DNA of 39,299 bases, from positions 1 to 39,299 of the forward strand of contig CAIKRN010000255.1 of assembly GCA_903829855.1 (NCBI GenBank). Direction: 5' to 3'. A program made the position numbers and the translations under genes. Shown here one piece after another: positions 17,821 through 27,720 of this stretch; the stretch's first letter is position 1, and the number at the start of each line of letters is the position of its first letter. Below the pieces are notes generated by a model. It had not been told where the DNA came from. It did no database searches and saw only the letters and a list, made by a program, of their open reading frames with translations. The stretch comes from an uncultured Opitutia bacterium (GTDB lineage: Bacteria > Verrucomicrobiota > Verrucomicrobiia > Opitutales > UBA953).

Positions 17821-19986
17821 ATGTCCACCCTCTCTCCCCTTAATTCTCCCACGCGAGCGTTCCCTCTGGAGCACACGCGTAACATCGGTATCGCCGCGCA
17901 CATTGACGCCGGCAAGACGACCACCACCGAGCGCATCCTCTTTTACACCGGCGTGGTGCATAAGATGGGTGAAGTGCATGATGGTACCGCCACCACCGAC
18001 TGGATGGAGCAGGAGCGCGAGCGTGGCATCACGATCACCGCGGCCGCTATTTCCGCTGGTTGGAAAACCAAGGAAGGTCATTTCGCGAACATCGATCACC
18101 GTATCAATATCATTGATACCCCGGGCCACGTGGACTTCACGGCCGAGGTGGAGCGCTCGCTCCGCGTGCTTGACGGTGCCGTCGCCGTTTTCTGCGCCGT
18201 TGCTGGCGTGCAGCCCCAGTCGGAAACCGTCTGGCGCCAGATGAATAAGTACGGCGTCCCGCGCGTTGCTTTCGTCAACAAGATGGACCGCACGGGTGCC
18301 GATTACTTCGGTGCCGTCGACGACATCCGGGAGAAGCTCAAAGGCAACGCCCACCCCCTCTTTATCCCGATTGGCCAAGGCGAAGATTTTAAAGGCATGA
18401 TCGATTTGATCAAGAACACCGCCTACCTTTACGACGAGACCGACCCGAAGGGCATGAAGTTCGATACGATCGACATTCCCGAGAAGCAGAAAGACGAAGC
18501 CAAACTCTGGCGCACCAAGCTCATTGAAGCCCTTGCTGACTTCGATGACGTTCTTGCCGCTAAGTACCTCGACGGCGAGGAAGTCACCATTGAGGAAATG
18601 CGGACGGGTATCCGTAAGGCCACCCTCTCGCTCAACTTTATCGGCGTCATTCCTGGCTCCGCTTTCAAAAATAAGGGCGTGCAGATGCTCCTCGACTGCG
18701 TCGTCGACTTCCTGCCTTCCCCGATCGACATGCGCCCCCAGAAGGCGTTTACCGACGACGGAGACAAGGAAATCACCATTGGTCCGGACGACAAAGCCAA
18801 GGTCACTGGCCTTTGCTTCAAACTTTGGTCCGACCCACACGTCGGCCAGTTGGTGTTCTACCGCGTGTATCGCGGCCAGCTCAAGAAGGGTGAAGCCCTT
18901 TACAATCCCCGCACCCGTAAGAATGAGCGCATCTCGCGTATCGTCCTCCTGCGTGCGATGGACCGTGAAGAAATCGACGTCGCTTACTCCGGCGACATCT
19001 GTGCGATTATCGGACCGAAGGATATCGCCACTGGCGACACCCTCACCGCCGAAGACGACCTGATCCTCGAGAAGACCACTTTCGCCGAGCCCGTTATCTC
19101 GATGTCCATCGAGCCTAACTCGAAGGGCGACCAAGAGCGCCTCTCCCTTGGCCTGCAGCGCCTCGCCCAGGAAGATCCTACCTTCCGGGTGACTTCCAAC
19201 CCAGAAACCGGTCAGACCCTGATCTCCGGCATGGGTGAGCTTCACCTCGAAATCATCGTCGACCGCCTTAAGCGCGAGTTCAAGGTCGAGGCTAAGTCCG
19301 GTAAGCCTCAGATTTCCTATCGCGAAACCATCAACCTGGCCTCTGAAGGCGTGGGTAAGTTCATCCGCCAGTCGGGTGGCCGTGGTCAGTATGGTCACGT
19401 TGAAATCAAACTTGAGCCTAACCCGGTCGCCACGCGCGTTCCTGGTGAGAAGGGCGAAGAAGTCGTCAACGAGATCGTCGGTGGCGTCATTCCTAAGGAA
19501 TTCATCAAGCCTGCGACCGAAGGGATTCTTGAAGCTGCTAATAACGGCACCGTCGCTGGCTACCCCGTGATTAACTTCAAGGCCCGCATCATCTTCGGTT
19601 CCTTCCACGAAGTGGACTCGAACGAAATGGCGTTCAAGATGGCCGGCATCTTCGCTTTCAAGGAAGCCATGAAGGATGCTAAGCCCATCCTCCTCGAGCC
19701 AATCATGAAGGTCGAAGTCGTCACCCCGGAAGAATACCAGGGCGACATCATGGGCGACCTTAACCGCCGCCGCGGCCAGATTCAGGGCATGGAAACCAAG
19801 ATGGGCCTTTGCAACATCGAGGCCCGCGTCCCGCTGGCTGAAATGTTCGGCTACTCCACGGACGTCCGTTCCCTCTCTAAGGGCCGCGCTTCCTACTCCA
19901 TGGAGCCCGCCAACTACGAGCAGGTGCCCGCCCAGATTCTCAAGCAGGTCGTCGAGACATCCTCGCGCGCCCCGGCCCGTACCTAA
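17821..19986 (+). CDS. fusA: Translation elongation factor G
   Basis: 721 aa. [49 protein letters not shown]. Position after rpsG. Confidence 0.97.
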   Translation: MSTLSPLNSPTRAFPLEHTRNIGIAAHIDAGKTTTTERILFYTGVVHKMGEVHDGTATTDWMEQERERGITITAAAISAGWKTKEGHFANIDHRINIIDTPGHVDFTAEVERSLRVLDGAVAVFCAVAGVQPQSETVWRQMNKYGVPRVAFVNKMDRTGADYFGAVDDIREKLKGNAHPLFIPIGQGEDFKGMIDLIKNTAYLYDETDPKGMKFDTIDIPEKQKDEAKLWRTKLIEALADFDDVLAAKYLDGEEVTIEEMRTGIRKATLSLNFIGVIPGSAFKNKGVQMLLDCVVDFLPSPIDMRPQKAFTDDGDKEITIGPDDKAKVTGLCFKLWSDPHVGQLVFYRVYRGQLKKGEALYNPRTRKNERISRIVLLRAMDREEIDVAYSGDICAIIGPKDIATGDTLTAEDDLILEKTTFAEPVISMSIEPNSKGDQERLSLGLQRLAQEDPTFRVTSNPETGQTLISGMGELHLEIIVDRLKREFKVEAKSGKPQISYRETINLASEGVGKFIRQSGGRGQYGHVEIKLEPNPVATRVPGEKGEEVVNEIVGGVIPKEFIKPATEGILEAANNGTVAGYPVINFKARIIFGSFHEVDSNEMAFKMAGIFAFKEAMKDAKPILLEPIMKVEVVTPEEYQGDIMGDLNRRRGQIQGMETKMGLCNIEARVPLAEMFGYSTDVRSLSKGRASYSMEPANYEQVPAQILKQVVETSSRAPART

Positions 19987-20011
19987 TTACCCCCAACATA
20001 CCCGTTTCCCG

Positions 20012-20320
20012 ATGGCCCGCACTAAAATCCGCATCAAGCTCAAAGGCTTCGACTATCGCATGGTCGACCAGTCCGCCAATGAGATCGTCGACACCGCCAA
20101 GCGTACTGGCGCCCGCGTCTCCGGCCCCGTGCCGCTGCCGACCGACATTTCCCGCCTGACCGTCAACCGCTCCCCCCACGTCGACAAGAAGTCGATGGAC
20201 CAGTTCGAGATCCGCACGCACAAGCGCCTGATCGAGATTATGGAGCCTAATGCCCAGACCGTGGACGAGCTAAAGAAGCTCAATCTACCTTCTGGGGTTG
20301 ACATCAACATCGTAGTCTAA
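20012..20320 (+). CDS. rpsJ: 30S ribosomal protein S10
   Basis: 102 aa. [39 protein letters not shown]. Confidence 0.97.
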   Translation: MARTKIRIKLKGFDYRMVDQSANEIVDTAKRTGARVSGPVPLPTDISRLTVNRSPHVDKKSMDQFEIRTHKRLIEIMEPNAQTVDELKKLNLPSGVDINIVV

Positions 20321-20465
20321 CTCCTCAACCCTTCCACATTAACCTCTAACCCAACGCAGGCCGCCAACGCCCCTCTATCAGGACCAAGATTCCGCAAGGA
20401 AATCCCAAGCCTAATGCAGGTCAGCAATGACCAAACGGCCTCAACAGCCACCTGCCTCTTAGAAA

Positions 20466-21107
20466 ATGAAACACCAGCTACTCGGTAAAAAAATCGGAAT
20501 GACCCAGGTCTATGACGCGGACAATAACCTCGTCCCTGTCACGGTCGTCCAAGCGGGCCCCTGTCCCGTCACCCAGGTAAAGACCGTCGATAAGGATGGC
20601 TATGATGCCGTCCAGATCGGTTTCGGTCCCCAGAAGGAGAGCCGCATGTCGGCCGGCGAAGTCGGCCACCTTCGCAAGTCGGGCATCGCGCCCCACACCC
20701 ATCTTCACGAAATCCGCCAGGCCGGTGCCACTGAGGCTAAGGTCGGCGACGTCATCACCGTCGAGAAGTTCACCGCCGGCCAGATGGTCGACGTGATCGG
20801 CACGGTCAAGGGCCGTGGTTTCCAGGGCGTCATGAAGCGCCACAACATGGATGGCCAGCCTGACTCCCACGGTCACATGATGCACCGCCGAATCGGCTCC
20901 ATCGGCATGCGCCAGACTCCTGGTCACGTCTTTAAGGGTAAGCGTATGCCGGGCCACATGGGCCAGGTGCAGCGTACTGTCCAGAACCTCCGCGTCGTCC
21001 AAGTCCTCGCAGAAAAAAACCTTCTGCTCATCAAGGGCAGTTTCCCCGGTGCCAACGGCGAGGTTGTCCTCGTTCGTCCGGCCAAGAAGGCCATCGCCGC
21101 CAAGTAA
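20466..21107 (+). CDS. rplC: 50S ribosomal protein L3
   Basis: 213 aa. LLGKKIGMTQVYD, GKGFQGVMKRH-like GRGFQGVMKRHN. Confidence 0.97.
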   Translation: MKHQLLGKKIGMTQVYDADNNLVPVTVVQAGPCPVTQVKTVDKDGYDAVQIGFGPQKESRMSAGEVGHLRKSGIAPHTHLHEIRQAGATEAKVGDVITVEKFTAGQMVDVIGTVKGRGFQGVMKRHNMDGQPDSHGHMMHRRIGSIGMRQTPGHVFKGKRMPGHMGQVQRTVQNLRVVQVLAEKNLLLIKGSFPGANGEVVLVRPAKKAIAAK

Positions 21108-21128
21108 CCCACTCAGCATCTCAGCGCT

Positions 21129-21755
21129 ATGAAGCTCAAAGTTTACAAGTCCGACGGATCCGCCTTCACCGAGAAGGAATTCGACATTCCTTCTTTCGAA
21201 GGCACCAAGGGCGTTGCTCTGCTCAAGCAGGTCATCGTTTCCTACCAGGCCAATAAGCGCCAGGGTACTTCCAAGACCAAGGATTACGGCGAAGTCTCCG
21301 GTTCTGGTAAGAAGATGCTCCCGCAGAAGGGTTCCGGCGGTTCTCGCCACGGCGACAAGCGCGCCCCCCAGCTGTACAAGGGTGGTATCGTCTTCGGTCC
21401 CCGTCCTCGCGACTGGTCCAAGACCATCACCGCTCAGGCCAAGAAAATCGCCCTCCAGCGAGCGCTCTTTGAGCTCGCCGCTGACGGTGGTATCTCGGTG
21501 ATCGAAAAATTCGAAGTCGCTCAGCCTAAGACCAAGTGTTTCGCCAAGGTCCTCACCAACGTGAGCCCTGCCGGCAAGCGCCTGCTCGTCGTCGATAGCT
21601 CTTGGTCCGAGCCGGTGCTCCGCGCCAGTCGCAACCTCAGCCGCGCGATTTTCTCCAATTCCTCCAATCTCAACGCTCTGGATCTCGTGCGCACCCCGCG
21701 CATCCTGATCTCGGAAGATGGCCTGAAGAAGGTCCTCGAGCGCGCCAAAAACTAA
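21129..21755 (+). CDS. rplD: 50S ribosomal protein L4
   Basis: 208 aa. SGSGKKMLPQKGSGGSRHGDKRAPQLYKGGIVFGPRPRDW. Confidence 0.96.
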   Translation: MKLKVYKSDGSAFTEKEFDIPSFEGTKGVALLKQVIVSYQANKRQGTSKTKDYGEVSGSGKKMLPQKGSGGSRHGDKRAPQLYKGGIVFGPRPRDWSKTITAQAKKIALQRALFELAADGGISVIEKFEVAQPKTKCFAKVLTNVSPAGKRLLVVDSSWSEPVLRASRNLSRAIFSNSSNLNALDLVRTPRILISEDGLKKVLERAKN

Positions 21756-21767
21756 GACCGCCATCCC

Positions 21768-22055
21768 ATGAAGCCCGCTTCTGAAATCATCAGCCGCCCA
21801 ATCCTAACGGAAAAGGCCTCCGGCCTCGCCGAAGCCAACAAGTACGTCTTTGAGGTCCTCCCTGGACCCGACCGCGCCCAAATCAAGAAGGCCATCGAGG
21901 CTTCCTTCAAGGTGACCGTCGAGAAGATCAATATCCTCATCCGCAAGGGTAAGTTGCGTCGCAGCCGCCTTTCTGGTGGCTCGATTTTCACCGAGACCAA
22001 CTCTCGTCGTGCCATCGTCACCCTGAAGAAGGGCGACGTCATCTCCCTCGCCTAA
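21768..22055 (+). CDS. rplW: 50S ribosomal protein L23
   Basis: 95 aa. IISRPILTEKAS..KYVFEV...QIKKAIEASFKVTVEKIN. Confidence 0.95.
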   Translation: MKPASEIISRPILTEKASGLAEANKYVFEVLPGPDRAQIKKAIEASFKVTVEKINILIRKGKLRRSRLSGGSIFTETNSRRAIVTLKKGDVISLA

Positions 22056-22075
22056 TCTTTCGGAGCCGCAAAGTC

Positions 22076-22936
22076 ATGCCCATCGTAACCCATCGTCCTA
22101 TCACTCCCGGCACGCGCTTCCTAGTGCGCGTGAAGACCGAGGGGCTGCACGCCGGTCGCCCCGTGCCTGCCCTCACGGAAAGTAATCACCGTGCTATGGG
22201 CCGTAATTGCTACGGCCGCATCACCTCCCGTCGTCGTGGCGGAGGCCATAAGAAGCTTTACCGCACCATCGACTTCCGTCGTGACCGCCTCGACCAGCCT
22301 GCCACCGTCATTCGCATCGAATACGATCCGAACCGCACGTCGCATCTAGCCTTGATCGAGTACGCCGACAAGACCCTGAATTACATCCTCGCTCCGGATG
22401 GCCTTAAGGTTGGCGACAAGGTTGTCAGCACCAACACCGCTCAGGAGCAGCTCACCCCGGGCCTCTCCCTCCCGTTGCGCCTGATCCCTCCGGCCACTTT
22501 CATTCACTGCATCGAAATCGGCCCAGGTAAGGGTGGCCAGCTCGCCCGTTCTGCTGGCGGCTTCGCCCAGCTCCTCGGTATCGAAGACGGCCGCGCAATT
22601 CTGCGCATGCCTTCCGGTGAACAGCGCTACCTTAACGCCGATTGCCGCGCCACGGTCGGTATCGTCGGCAACGTCGATCACCACAACGCCAGCCTCGGTA
22701 AGGCCGGTCGTAGCCGCTGGAAGGGCATCCGCCCTCGTCAGCGTGGTATGTCCATGAATCCTGTCGATCACCCGAACGGTGGTGGCGGTGGTAAGAAAAA
22801 GGGTGGTGGCGGTCGCCAGCACCTCAAGTCCCCCTGGGGACAGCTTGCGAAGGGTTTCCCGACGCGCACCAAGGCGAAGGCCTCCAACAACCAAATCATC
22901 CTCCGCCGCAACGGCCGGAAGGTGAAGCAGGTCTAA
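22076..22936 (+). CDS. rplB: 50S ribosomal protein L2
   Basis: 286 aa. RRRGGGHKKLYR, IEYDPNRTSHLALIEY, GKAGRSRWKGIRPRQRGMSMNPVDHPNGGG. Confidence 0.97.
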   Translation: MPIVTHRPITPGTRFLVRVKTEGLHAGRPVPALTESNHRAMGRNCYGRITSRRRGGGHKKLYRTIDFRRDRLDQPATVIRIEYDPNRTSHLALIEYADKTLNYILAPDGLKVGDKVVSTNTAQEQLTPGLSLPLRLIPPATFIHCIEIGPGKGGQLARSAGGFAQLLGIEDGRAILRMPSGEQRYLNADCRATVGIVGNVDHHNASLGKAGRSRWKGIRPRQRGMSMNPVDHPNGGGGGKKKGGGGRQHLKSPWGQLAKGFPTRTKAKASNNQIILRRNGRKVKQV

Positions 22937-22958
22937 CCCCTCCTAGCACTCTCCTAAA

Positions 22959-23237
22959 ATGGCACGCTCTCGCAAAAAGGGTTTCTATGTCGACGCTCAT
23001 CTCGTCGACAAGGTCACCGTCGCCCAGAAGGCCAACAGCCGTAAGCCGATCAAGACCTGGTCTCGTCGCTCGACGGTTACTCCTGATTTCATCGGCCTCA
23101 ATCTTGAGGTTCACAATGGCAAAGCCTTCGTCCCCGTCTATGTGACGGAAAACATGGTTGGCCATAAGCTCGGAGAGTTCGCTCCTACGCGTACCTTCCG
23201 CCAGCACACCCAACCCTCCCGCAAGGAAGCTCAGTAA
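22959..23237 (+). CDS. rpsS: 30S ribosomal protein S19
   Basis: 92 aa. [62 protein letters not shown]. Confidence 0.97.
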   Translation: MARSRKKGFYVDAHLVDKVTVAQKANSRKPIKTWSRRSTVTPDFIGLNLEVHNGKAFVPVYVTENMVGHKLGEFAPTRTFRQHTQPSRKEAQ

Positions 23238-23246
23238 ACCCATACC

Positions 23247-23585
23247 GTGCGCACCGCCTTCTCCATGTTTGCCCTTCTCGTCGCCGCCACCGCGGTCGGC
23301 GCGGAAGCCCGCACCTTGGGAACGGCGGAGGCGGACGGCAAGGGTCCGGTCGTTGCGGTCATTTCTGCCCGCTCGACGGATTTGGTTGTCTTGGATGGCG
23401 GACACGACCGCGGCTTTCGCCCCGGCACGGTCTGCAATGTTAGCCGTGATGGTCGCGCCTTCGGCGCCGTCGTCATCGCCGAAGCTGGGCTTCATCGCTC
23501 GGTGGCACTCATTCTTTCCCTCGACTCCTCCGCCCAGATCACCTCTGGCGACCTTGTCACCCCCCGCGCTAACCCCCGCATCTGA
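23247..23585 (+). CDS. Hypothetical small secreted protein encoded inside the S10 operon (between rpsS and rplV)
   Basis: 112 codons, same strand. Starts (GTG) 9 nt after the rpsS stop and ends 20 nt before the rplV ATG. N-terminus MRTAFSMFALLVAATAVGAEA has n-region Arg, a hydrophobic core and AxA, so it is signal-peptide-like. Third codon positions are strongly C/G-biased, as in flanking genes. An internal ATG at 23265 is an alternative start. No family recognised. Confidence 0.55.
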   Translation: MRTAFSMFALLVAATAVGAEARTLGTAEADGKGPVVAVISARSTDLVVLDGGHDRGFRPGTVCNVSRDGRAFGAVVIAEAGLHRSVALILSLDSSAQITSGDLVTPRANPRI

Positions 23586-23605
23586 ACCCTAATTTAACTA
23601 ACGTC

Positions 23606-23944
23606 ATGGAAGTACACGCCACCACCCGTTTCGCCCGCATGTCGCCCCAGAAGGTGCGAGAAGTCGCGCGCCAAATCCAAGGCCTCCCGGCCGAAGAAGC
23701 CATCCAGCTCCTGCGCTTCATCCCCCGCAAGTCCGCCCGCCTCCTGGCCAAGACGCTCGCGAGCGCCATGGCCAACGCCGAGAACAACCACAACTTGTCC
23801 AGCAGCGATCTCGTGATCGTCTCCGCCACGGTCAATCAAGGTCCAGTCATCAAGCGTTCTATGCCCGCAGCTCGCGGCTCCGCTCACCCTATCCACAAGT
23901 CCATGAGCCACATCCGCGTGGCTTTGGGCTCCGCCACCAAGTAA
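23606..23944 (+). CDS. rplV: 50S ribosomal protein L22
   Basis: 112 aa. RFARMSPQKVREVARQIQG, AIQLLRFIPRKSARLLAKTLASAMANAENN. Confidence 0.96.
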   Translation: MEVHATTRFARMSPQKVREVARQIQGLPAEEAIQLLRFIPRKSARLLAKTLASAMANAENNHNLSSSDLVIVSATVNQGPVIKRSMPAARGSAHPIHKSMSHIRVALGSATK

Positions 23945-23953
23945 TTTCGCACA

Positions 23954-24595
23954 ATGGGCCAGAAAGTAAATCCTATCGGCTTCCGTCTAGCCGTCCGTCG
24001 TAACTGGGAATCCCGCTGGTACGCCACCAAGCGCGATTTCCCCGCTAACATCTTGGAGGACTACCGCATCCGCACGTTCCTCAAGGAGAAGCTCCGACAG
24101 GCCGCTGTGCCTCGTATCTTTATCGAACGCGCTGGCCCCAAGGTTCGCGTCCGCATCTGGACGGCCCGCCCAGGCGTCGTCATCGGCCGTAAAGGCGATG
24201 AGCTCAAGAATCTCCGCGCCGAGATCCAGAAGGTTGCTGGTAAGGCTCGTATCGATGACATCATTCTCGAGGTCAACGAAGTGAAGCGCCCTGACTTGGT
24301 CGCCCAGCTCGTCGCTGAGAACATCGCCCTGCAGCTCGAACGCCGCATCTCTTTCCGTCGCGCCATGAAGAAGGCCGTCCAGACCACCATGACCAACGGT
24401 GCCGATGGCATCCGTATCCGCCTCGGCGGTCGTCTCGGTGGCGCTGAAATCGCCCGCGTCGAGTCCGCTCGCGTCGGTCGCGTCCCGCTCCATACCCTCC
24501 GCGAAAATATCGATTACGGTTTCACCGAAGCCCGCACCCTGGCCGGCAAGGTCGGCATCAAGTGCTGGATTTGCACCAAGGACTCCGAGTTCTAA
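23954..24595 (+). CDS. rpsC: 30S ribosomal protein S3
   Basis: 213 aa. MGQKVNPIGFRL, VIGRKGDELKNLR, ISFRRAMKKAVQ, GRLGGAEIAR. Confidence 0.97.
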   Translation: MGQKVNPIGFRLAVRRNWESRWYATKRDFPANILEDYRIRTFLKEKLRQAAVPRIFIERAGPKVRVRIWTARPGVVIGRKGDELKNLRAEIQKVAGKARIDDIILEVNEVKRPDLVAQLVAENIALQLERRISFRRAMKKAVQTTMTNGADGIRIRLGGRLGGAEIARVESARVGRVPLHTLRENIDYGFTEARTLAGKVGIKCWICTKDSEF

Positions 24596-24631
24596 GCCGT
24601 TCCGTCCACCCTCCGACTTAACTAGACCAAC

Positions 24632-25060
24632 ATGGCCAATCTCCAACCCGCCCGCACCAAGTGGCGCAAGCATCGCAAGGGCAAGATCCGCGGCAACGCC
24701 ACGGCTTGCAACACCCTCGCGTTCGGCGACTTCGGCATCCAGTCCCTCGATCGTGGCCGTCTCCCGGCTAATCAGATTGAAGCCGCCCGTATCGCCATCT
24801 CCCGCTCGCTGAAGCGTAAGGGCAAGATGTGGATGCGTATCTTCCCTCACACGCCTGTGACCAAGAAGCCAGCCGAAGTCCGCATGGGCTCTGGTAAGGG
24901 CAGCGTCGAGCTCTATGTGGCCTGCATCAAGCCAGGCACCATGCTCTTCGAAGTGGGTGGCGTTCCTATCTCCGTCGCTCGCGAGGCCATGCGCCTCGCC
25001 GACACCAAGTTGCAGGTCCGCTGCCGCTTTGTCGCCCGCGAAGAACTCGAAAAGTACTAA
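24632..25060 (+). CDS. rplP: 50S ribosomal protein L16
   Basis: 142 aa. [59 protein letters not shown]. Confidence 0.97.
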   Translation: MANLQPARTKWRKHRKGKIRGNATACNTLAFGDFGIQSLDRGRLPANQIEAARIAISRSLKRKGKMWMRIFPHTPVTKKPAEVRMGSGKGSVELYVACIKPGTMLFEVGGVPISVAREAMRLADTKLQVRCRFVAREELEKY

Positions 25061-25100
25061 GCCTTTCGATCCGCTTAACCACCACTGACCCTTTTCACCG

Positions 25101-25331
25101 ATGTCCAAGTACCAGAAAGACAAGCCCACCGCCGCCACGGCCATCCGCCCATTGGCGCCCGCCGAACTGCAGAAGCGCATTCGCGAAGCCCGCGAAGAGC
25201 TTCTCAGCCTCCGCCTCAAGAAGGCCACCGGCGCTGTGGAAAACCCGGCCCGCTTCCGCGCTCTGCGCCGTGACGTGGCCCGCTGCATGACCGTGCTTTC
25301 TGGCAAGTCTGTCGCTGCCAAGAAGAAGTAA
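25101..25331 (+). CDS. rpmC: 50S ribosomal protein L29
   Basis: 76 aa. ELQKRIREAREELLSLRLKKATGAVENPARFRALRRDVAR. Position between rplP and rpsQ. Confidence 0.93.
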   Translation: MSKYQKDKPTAATAIRPLAPAELQKRIREAREELLSLRLKKATGAVENPARFRALRRDVARCMTVLSGKSVAAKKK

Positions 25332-25355
25332 ACCCAACCCTAACCCGCTTTCCCG

Positions 25356-25640
25356 ATGTCCGAGTCCCGCTCCAACCGTAAGACCCTCCTAGGTCTAGTC
25401 GCCTCCCGTTCCGGAGACAAGACCGTCAAGGTCAACTTCCAGTACACCGTTCCTCACCCCGTCTACGGGAAGGAAGTCAAGCGCCGCACCGTCCTGCACG
25501 CCCACGACGAAAAGAACGAGTGCAAGCCCGGCGATAAGGTCGAAATCATGGAGACCCGCCCCCTGTCCAAGCTCAAGCGCTGGCGCGTAATCCGTGTCGT
25601 CGAAGCTGCGAAGATCGCTGCTCAGTCCATCGAAGACTGA
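25356..25640 (+). CDS. rpsQ: 30S ribosomal protein S17
   Basis: 94 aa. KTLLGLVASRSGDKTVKV, HPVYGKEVKRRTVLHAHDE, GDKVEIMETRPLSKLKRWRV. Confidence 0.96.
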   Translation: MSESRSNRKTLLGLVASRSGDKTVKVNFQYTVPHPVYGKEVKRRTVLHAHDEKNECKPGDKVEIMETRPLSKLKRWRVIRVVEAAKIAAQSIED

Positions 25641-25679
25641 AGCTCGGACCTCACCTTAAAACACTAAGCCCTTTATAAC

Positions 25680-26045
25680 ATGATTCAGATGCTCTCCCGG
25701 CTCGAAGTAGCCGATAACACCGGGGCCCGCAGGGTCCGCATGATCCGTCGTCTCGGTCAGTTGACCGACACAGCCGGCGTGGGCGATATCATCATCTGCT
25801 CCGTCAAGGATTCCACTCCTGACGCCCAGGTGAAAAAGGGCTCGGTTTGCCGTGCTGTCATCGTTCGCACCGTCGCTCCGATCCGCCGTGCGGATGGTAG
25901 CTACCTCCGCTTCGACACCAACGCCGTTGTCATTCTTGACGAAAACGGCAATCCTAAGGGCACCCGCATCTTCGGGCCCGTTGCTCGCGAACTCCGCAGC
26001 AAGAACTTCATGAAGATCATCTCCCTCGCTCCCGAGGTACTCTGA
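25680..26045 (+). CDS. rplN: 50S ribosomal protein L14
   Basis: 121 aa. [56 protein letters not shown]. Confidence 0.97.
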   Translation: MIQMLSRLEVADNTGARRVRMIRRLGQLTDTAGVGDIIICSVKDSTPDAQVKKGSVCRAVIVRTVAPIRRADGSYLRFDTNAVVILDENGNPKGTRIFGPVARELRSKNFMKIISLAPEVL

Positions 26046-26050
26046 AAACC

Positions 26051-26320
26051 ATGTCCAAGACCGACATCAAAAAGGGCGACGAAGTCGTCGTCATCTCCGG
26101 CGCCGAAAAAGGTAAGCGCGGCAAAGTCGTCAGCTACAACCGTGCTGACGAGCGCCTCACCATCGAGGGGCTTAACCTTGTTAAGCGCCACTTGAAGCGT
26201 ACGCAGGATGGCCAGGGCGGCATCACTGAGCGTGAAGCCCCAATCCACCGTTCTAACGTGATGCTCGGCTCCCTCTGGGACGCCCGTCGCGCCAAGAAGC
26301 CTGCGAAGGCCTCCAAGTAA
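26051..26320 (+). CDS. rplX: 50S ribosomal protein L24
   Basis: 89 aa. IKKGDEVVVISGAEKGKRGKV (KOW motif), IEGLNLVKRHLK. Confidence 0.95.
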   Translation: MSKTDIKKGDEVVVISGAEKGKRGKVVSYNRADERLTIEGLNLVKRHLKRTQDGQGGITEREAPIHRSNVMLGSLWDARRAKKPAKASK

Positions 26321-26352
26321 ACCTTACGAAACCACCCGAGATTTAATACGCC

Positions 26353-26949
26353 ATGGCATCTGTCCCTTACCTTAAGAAGGTCTACCTCGAGAAGGTCGTC
26401 CCCGAGCTCATCAAGAGCCGCGGTTACACTAACATCCATCAGGTCCCGAACCTGAAGAAGATCGTCCTGAACTCCGCGTTCAAGGCCGAAGCCGACAAGG
26501 GCCACATGGCCGAAGTCGTCAAGGATATCACCAAGCTCTCCGGCCAGAAGCCGATCATCACCAAGGCTTCCAAGTCTGTCGCTGCCTTTAAGGTTCGCGA
26601 AGGAATGCCGCTCGGTTGCGTCGTTACCCTCCGTGGCGCTCGCATGTGGGAGTTCTACCTTCGCCTCACCGCGGTGGCCCTCCCGATGATCCGCGACTTC
26701 CGCGGTACCTCGAACCGTCTCGACGGTCGTGGTAACTATTCGCTCGGTATCGCTGACCACACCATCTTCCCTGAGACTCAGGCCGATGGTTCCCAGCGCG
26801 CCAACGTCGGCATGGACGTCATTATCGTGACTTCTGCCAACACCGACGACGAAGGTCGCGAGCTGCTCCGCCTGCTCGGTATGCCTTTCCGTCGATCCAG
26901 CGCCGCTGATGCGGCCGCCGCCACCGCCACCGCCGCCGCCAAGGCCTAA
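26353..26949 (+). CDS. rplE: 50S ribosomal protein L5 (with Ala-rich C-terminal tail)
   Basis: 198 aa. [55 protein letters not shown]-terminal [17 protein letters not shown] is additional to typical L5. Confidence 0.96.
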   Translation: MASVPYLKKVYLEKVVPELIKSRGYTNIHQVPNLKKIVLNSAFKAEADKGHMAEVVKDITKLSGQKPIITKASKSVAAFKVREGMPLGCVVTLRGARMWEFYLRLTAVALPMIRDFRGTSNRLDGRGNYSLGIADHTIFPETQADGSQRANVGMDVIIVTSANTDDEGRELLRLLGMPFRRSSAADAAAATATAAAKA

Positions 26950-26969
26950 CCCCCAGCCCACTTACTAGC

Positions 26970-27275
26970 ATGGCCAAGAAGTCCGTCATTCAGCGCGCCC
27001 TCAAGCGCGACCGTCTCGTCAAGAAGTACGCCGCCAAGCGTGCCGAGCTCAAGAAAGTCCTTACTGACCCCAAGGTCAGCGAAGAAGCTTTCTACGCTGC
27101 TCAGCGTGAGCTTGGTGAGCTCCCGCGCAGCTCCTCGAAGGTTCGTCAGAAGAACCGCTGTTCCATCTCTGGTCGTCCTCGTGCGTTCATCCGCAAGTTC
27201 GGCCTTTCCCGTATCACCTTCCGTGAGCTCGCGCTCAACGGCCAGATTCCCGGCGTCACCAAGGCCTCCTGGTAA
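26970..27275 (+). CDS. rpsN: 30S ribosomal protein S14 (long form)
   Basis: 101 aa. [52 protein letters not shown]. Only one Cys, so not the short zinc-ribbon form. Confidence 0.96.
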   Translation: MAKKSVIQRALKRDRLVKKYAAKRAELKKVLTDPKVSEEAFYAAQRELGELPRSSSKVRQKNRCSISGRPRAFIRKFGLSRITFRELALNGQIPGVTKASW

Positions 27276-27293
27276 TCCCCAAGAAACAAAACC

Positions 27294-27692
27294 ATGTCCG
27301 CTTCAACTGATACCGTCGGGGATTTCCTGACCTCCATTCGTAACGCTTCGCAGGCCAATAAGGCCGCGATCACCACCCAGTGGTCCCGCCTCCGCGAAGG
27401 CGTCGCCAAGATTCTAACCGATGCCGGTTACATCGCCTCCGCCCGCAAGGCTGAGCGCGACGGCCTTCCTGTGCTCGAGATCACTCTCAAGTACGTGGCG
27501 GGCGTCCCTGCCATCACCAGTATCGAACGCATCTCGACCCCTGGTCGTCGCGTCTACGCTGGTTACTCATCCGTCCCGAAAGTCATCGGCGGCATGGGTG
27601 TCTCCATCCTCACCACATCCCGCGGCGTCATGACTGACGCCGAAGCCCGCCGCCAAAAAGTCGGCGGTGAACTCCTGGCCAAGGTCTGGTAA
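27294..27692 (+). CDS. rpsH: 30S ribosomal protein S8
   Basis: 132 aa. DTVGDFLTSIRNAS, ISTPGRRVYAG, GMGVSILTTSRGVMTD, GGELLAKVW. Confidence 0.96.
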   Translation: MSASTDTVGDFLTSIRNASQANKAAITTQWSRLREGVAKILTDAGYIASARKAERDGLPVLEITLKYVAGVPAITSIERISTPGRRVYAGYSSVPKVIGGMGVSILTTSRGVMTDAEARRQKVGGELLAKVW

Positions 27693-27720
27693 CCCCGACC
27701 TCAACCCTACAAGCACCGTT

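Noticed and set aside
17797-19608. 603-aa ORF antisense to fusA. Similar long antisense ORFs occur at 20478-21764, 22346-22894, 23987-25321, 26134-26961, 27628-28167, 32160-33242, 34062-35207 and 38098-39000.
   Set aside because: Each lies exactly opposite a gene with unambiguous homology. Their translations are low-complexity (G/D/E/V/A/R-rich) with no recognisable motifs. Strong C-ending codon bias on the sense strand removes stop codons from the antisense frames, a well-known artefact in GC-rich genomes.
23158-23592. Alternative-frame 144-aa ORF, and minus-strand ORFs (22896-23495, 23231-23476), covering the rpsS-rplV gap.
   Set aside because: The + strand alternative overlaps the 3' end of rpsS in another frame and is Pro/Ser/Ala/Arg-rich with no signal or motif. 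The minus-strand ORFs run antisense to rpsS. The 23247-23585 frame fits the gap precisely and has the flank-like codon bias.
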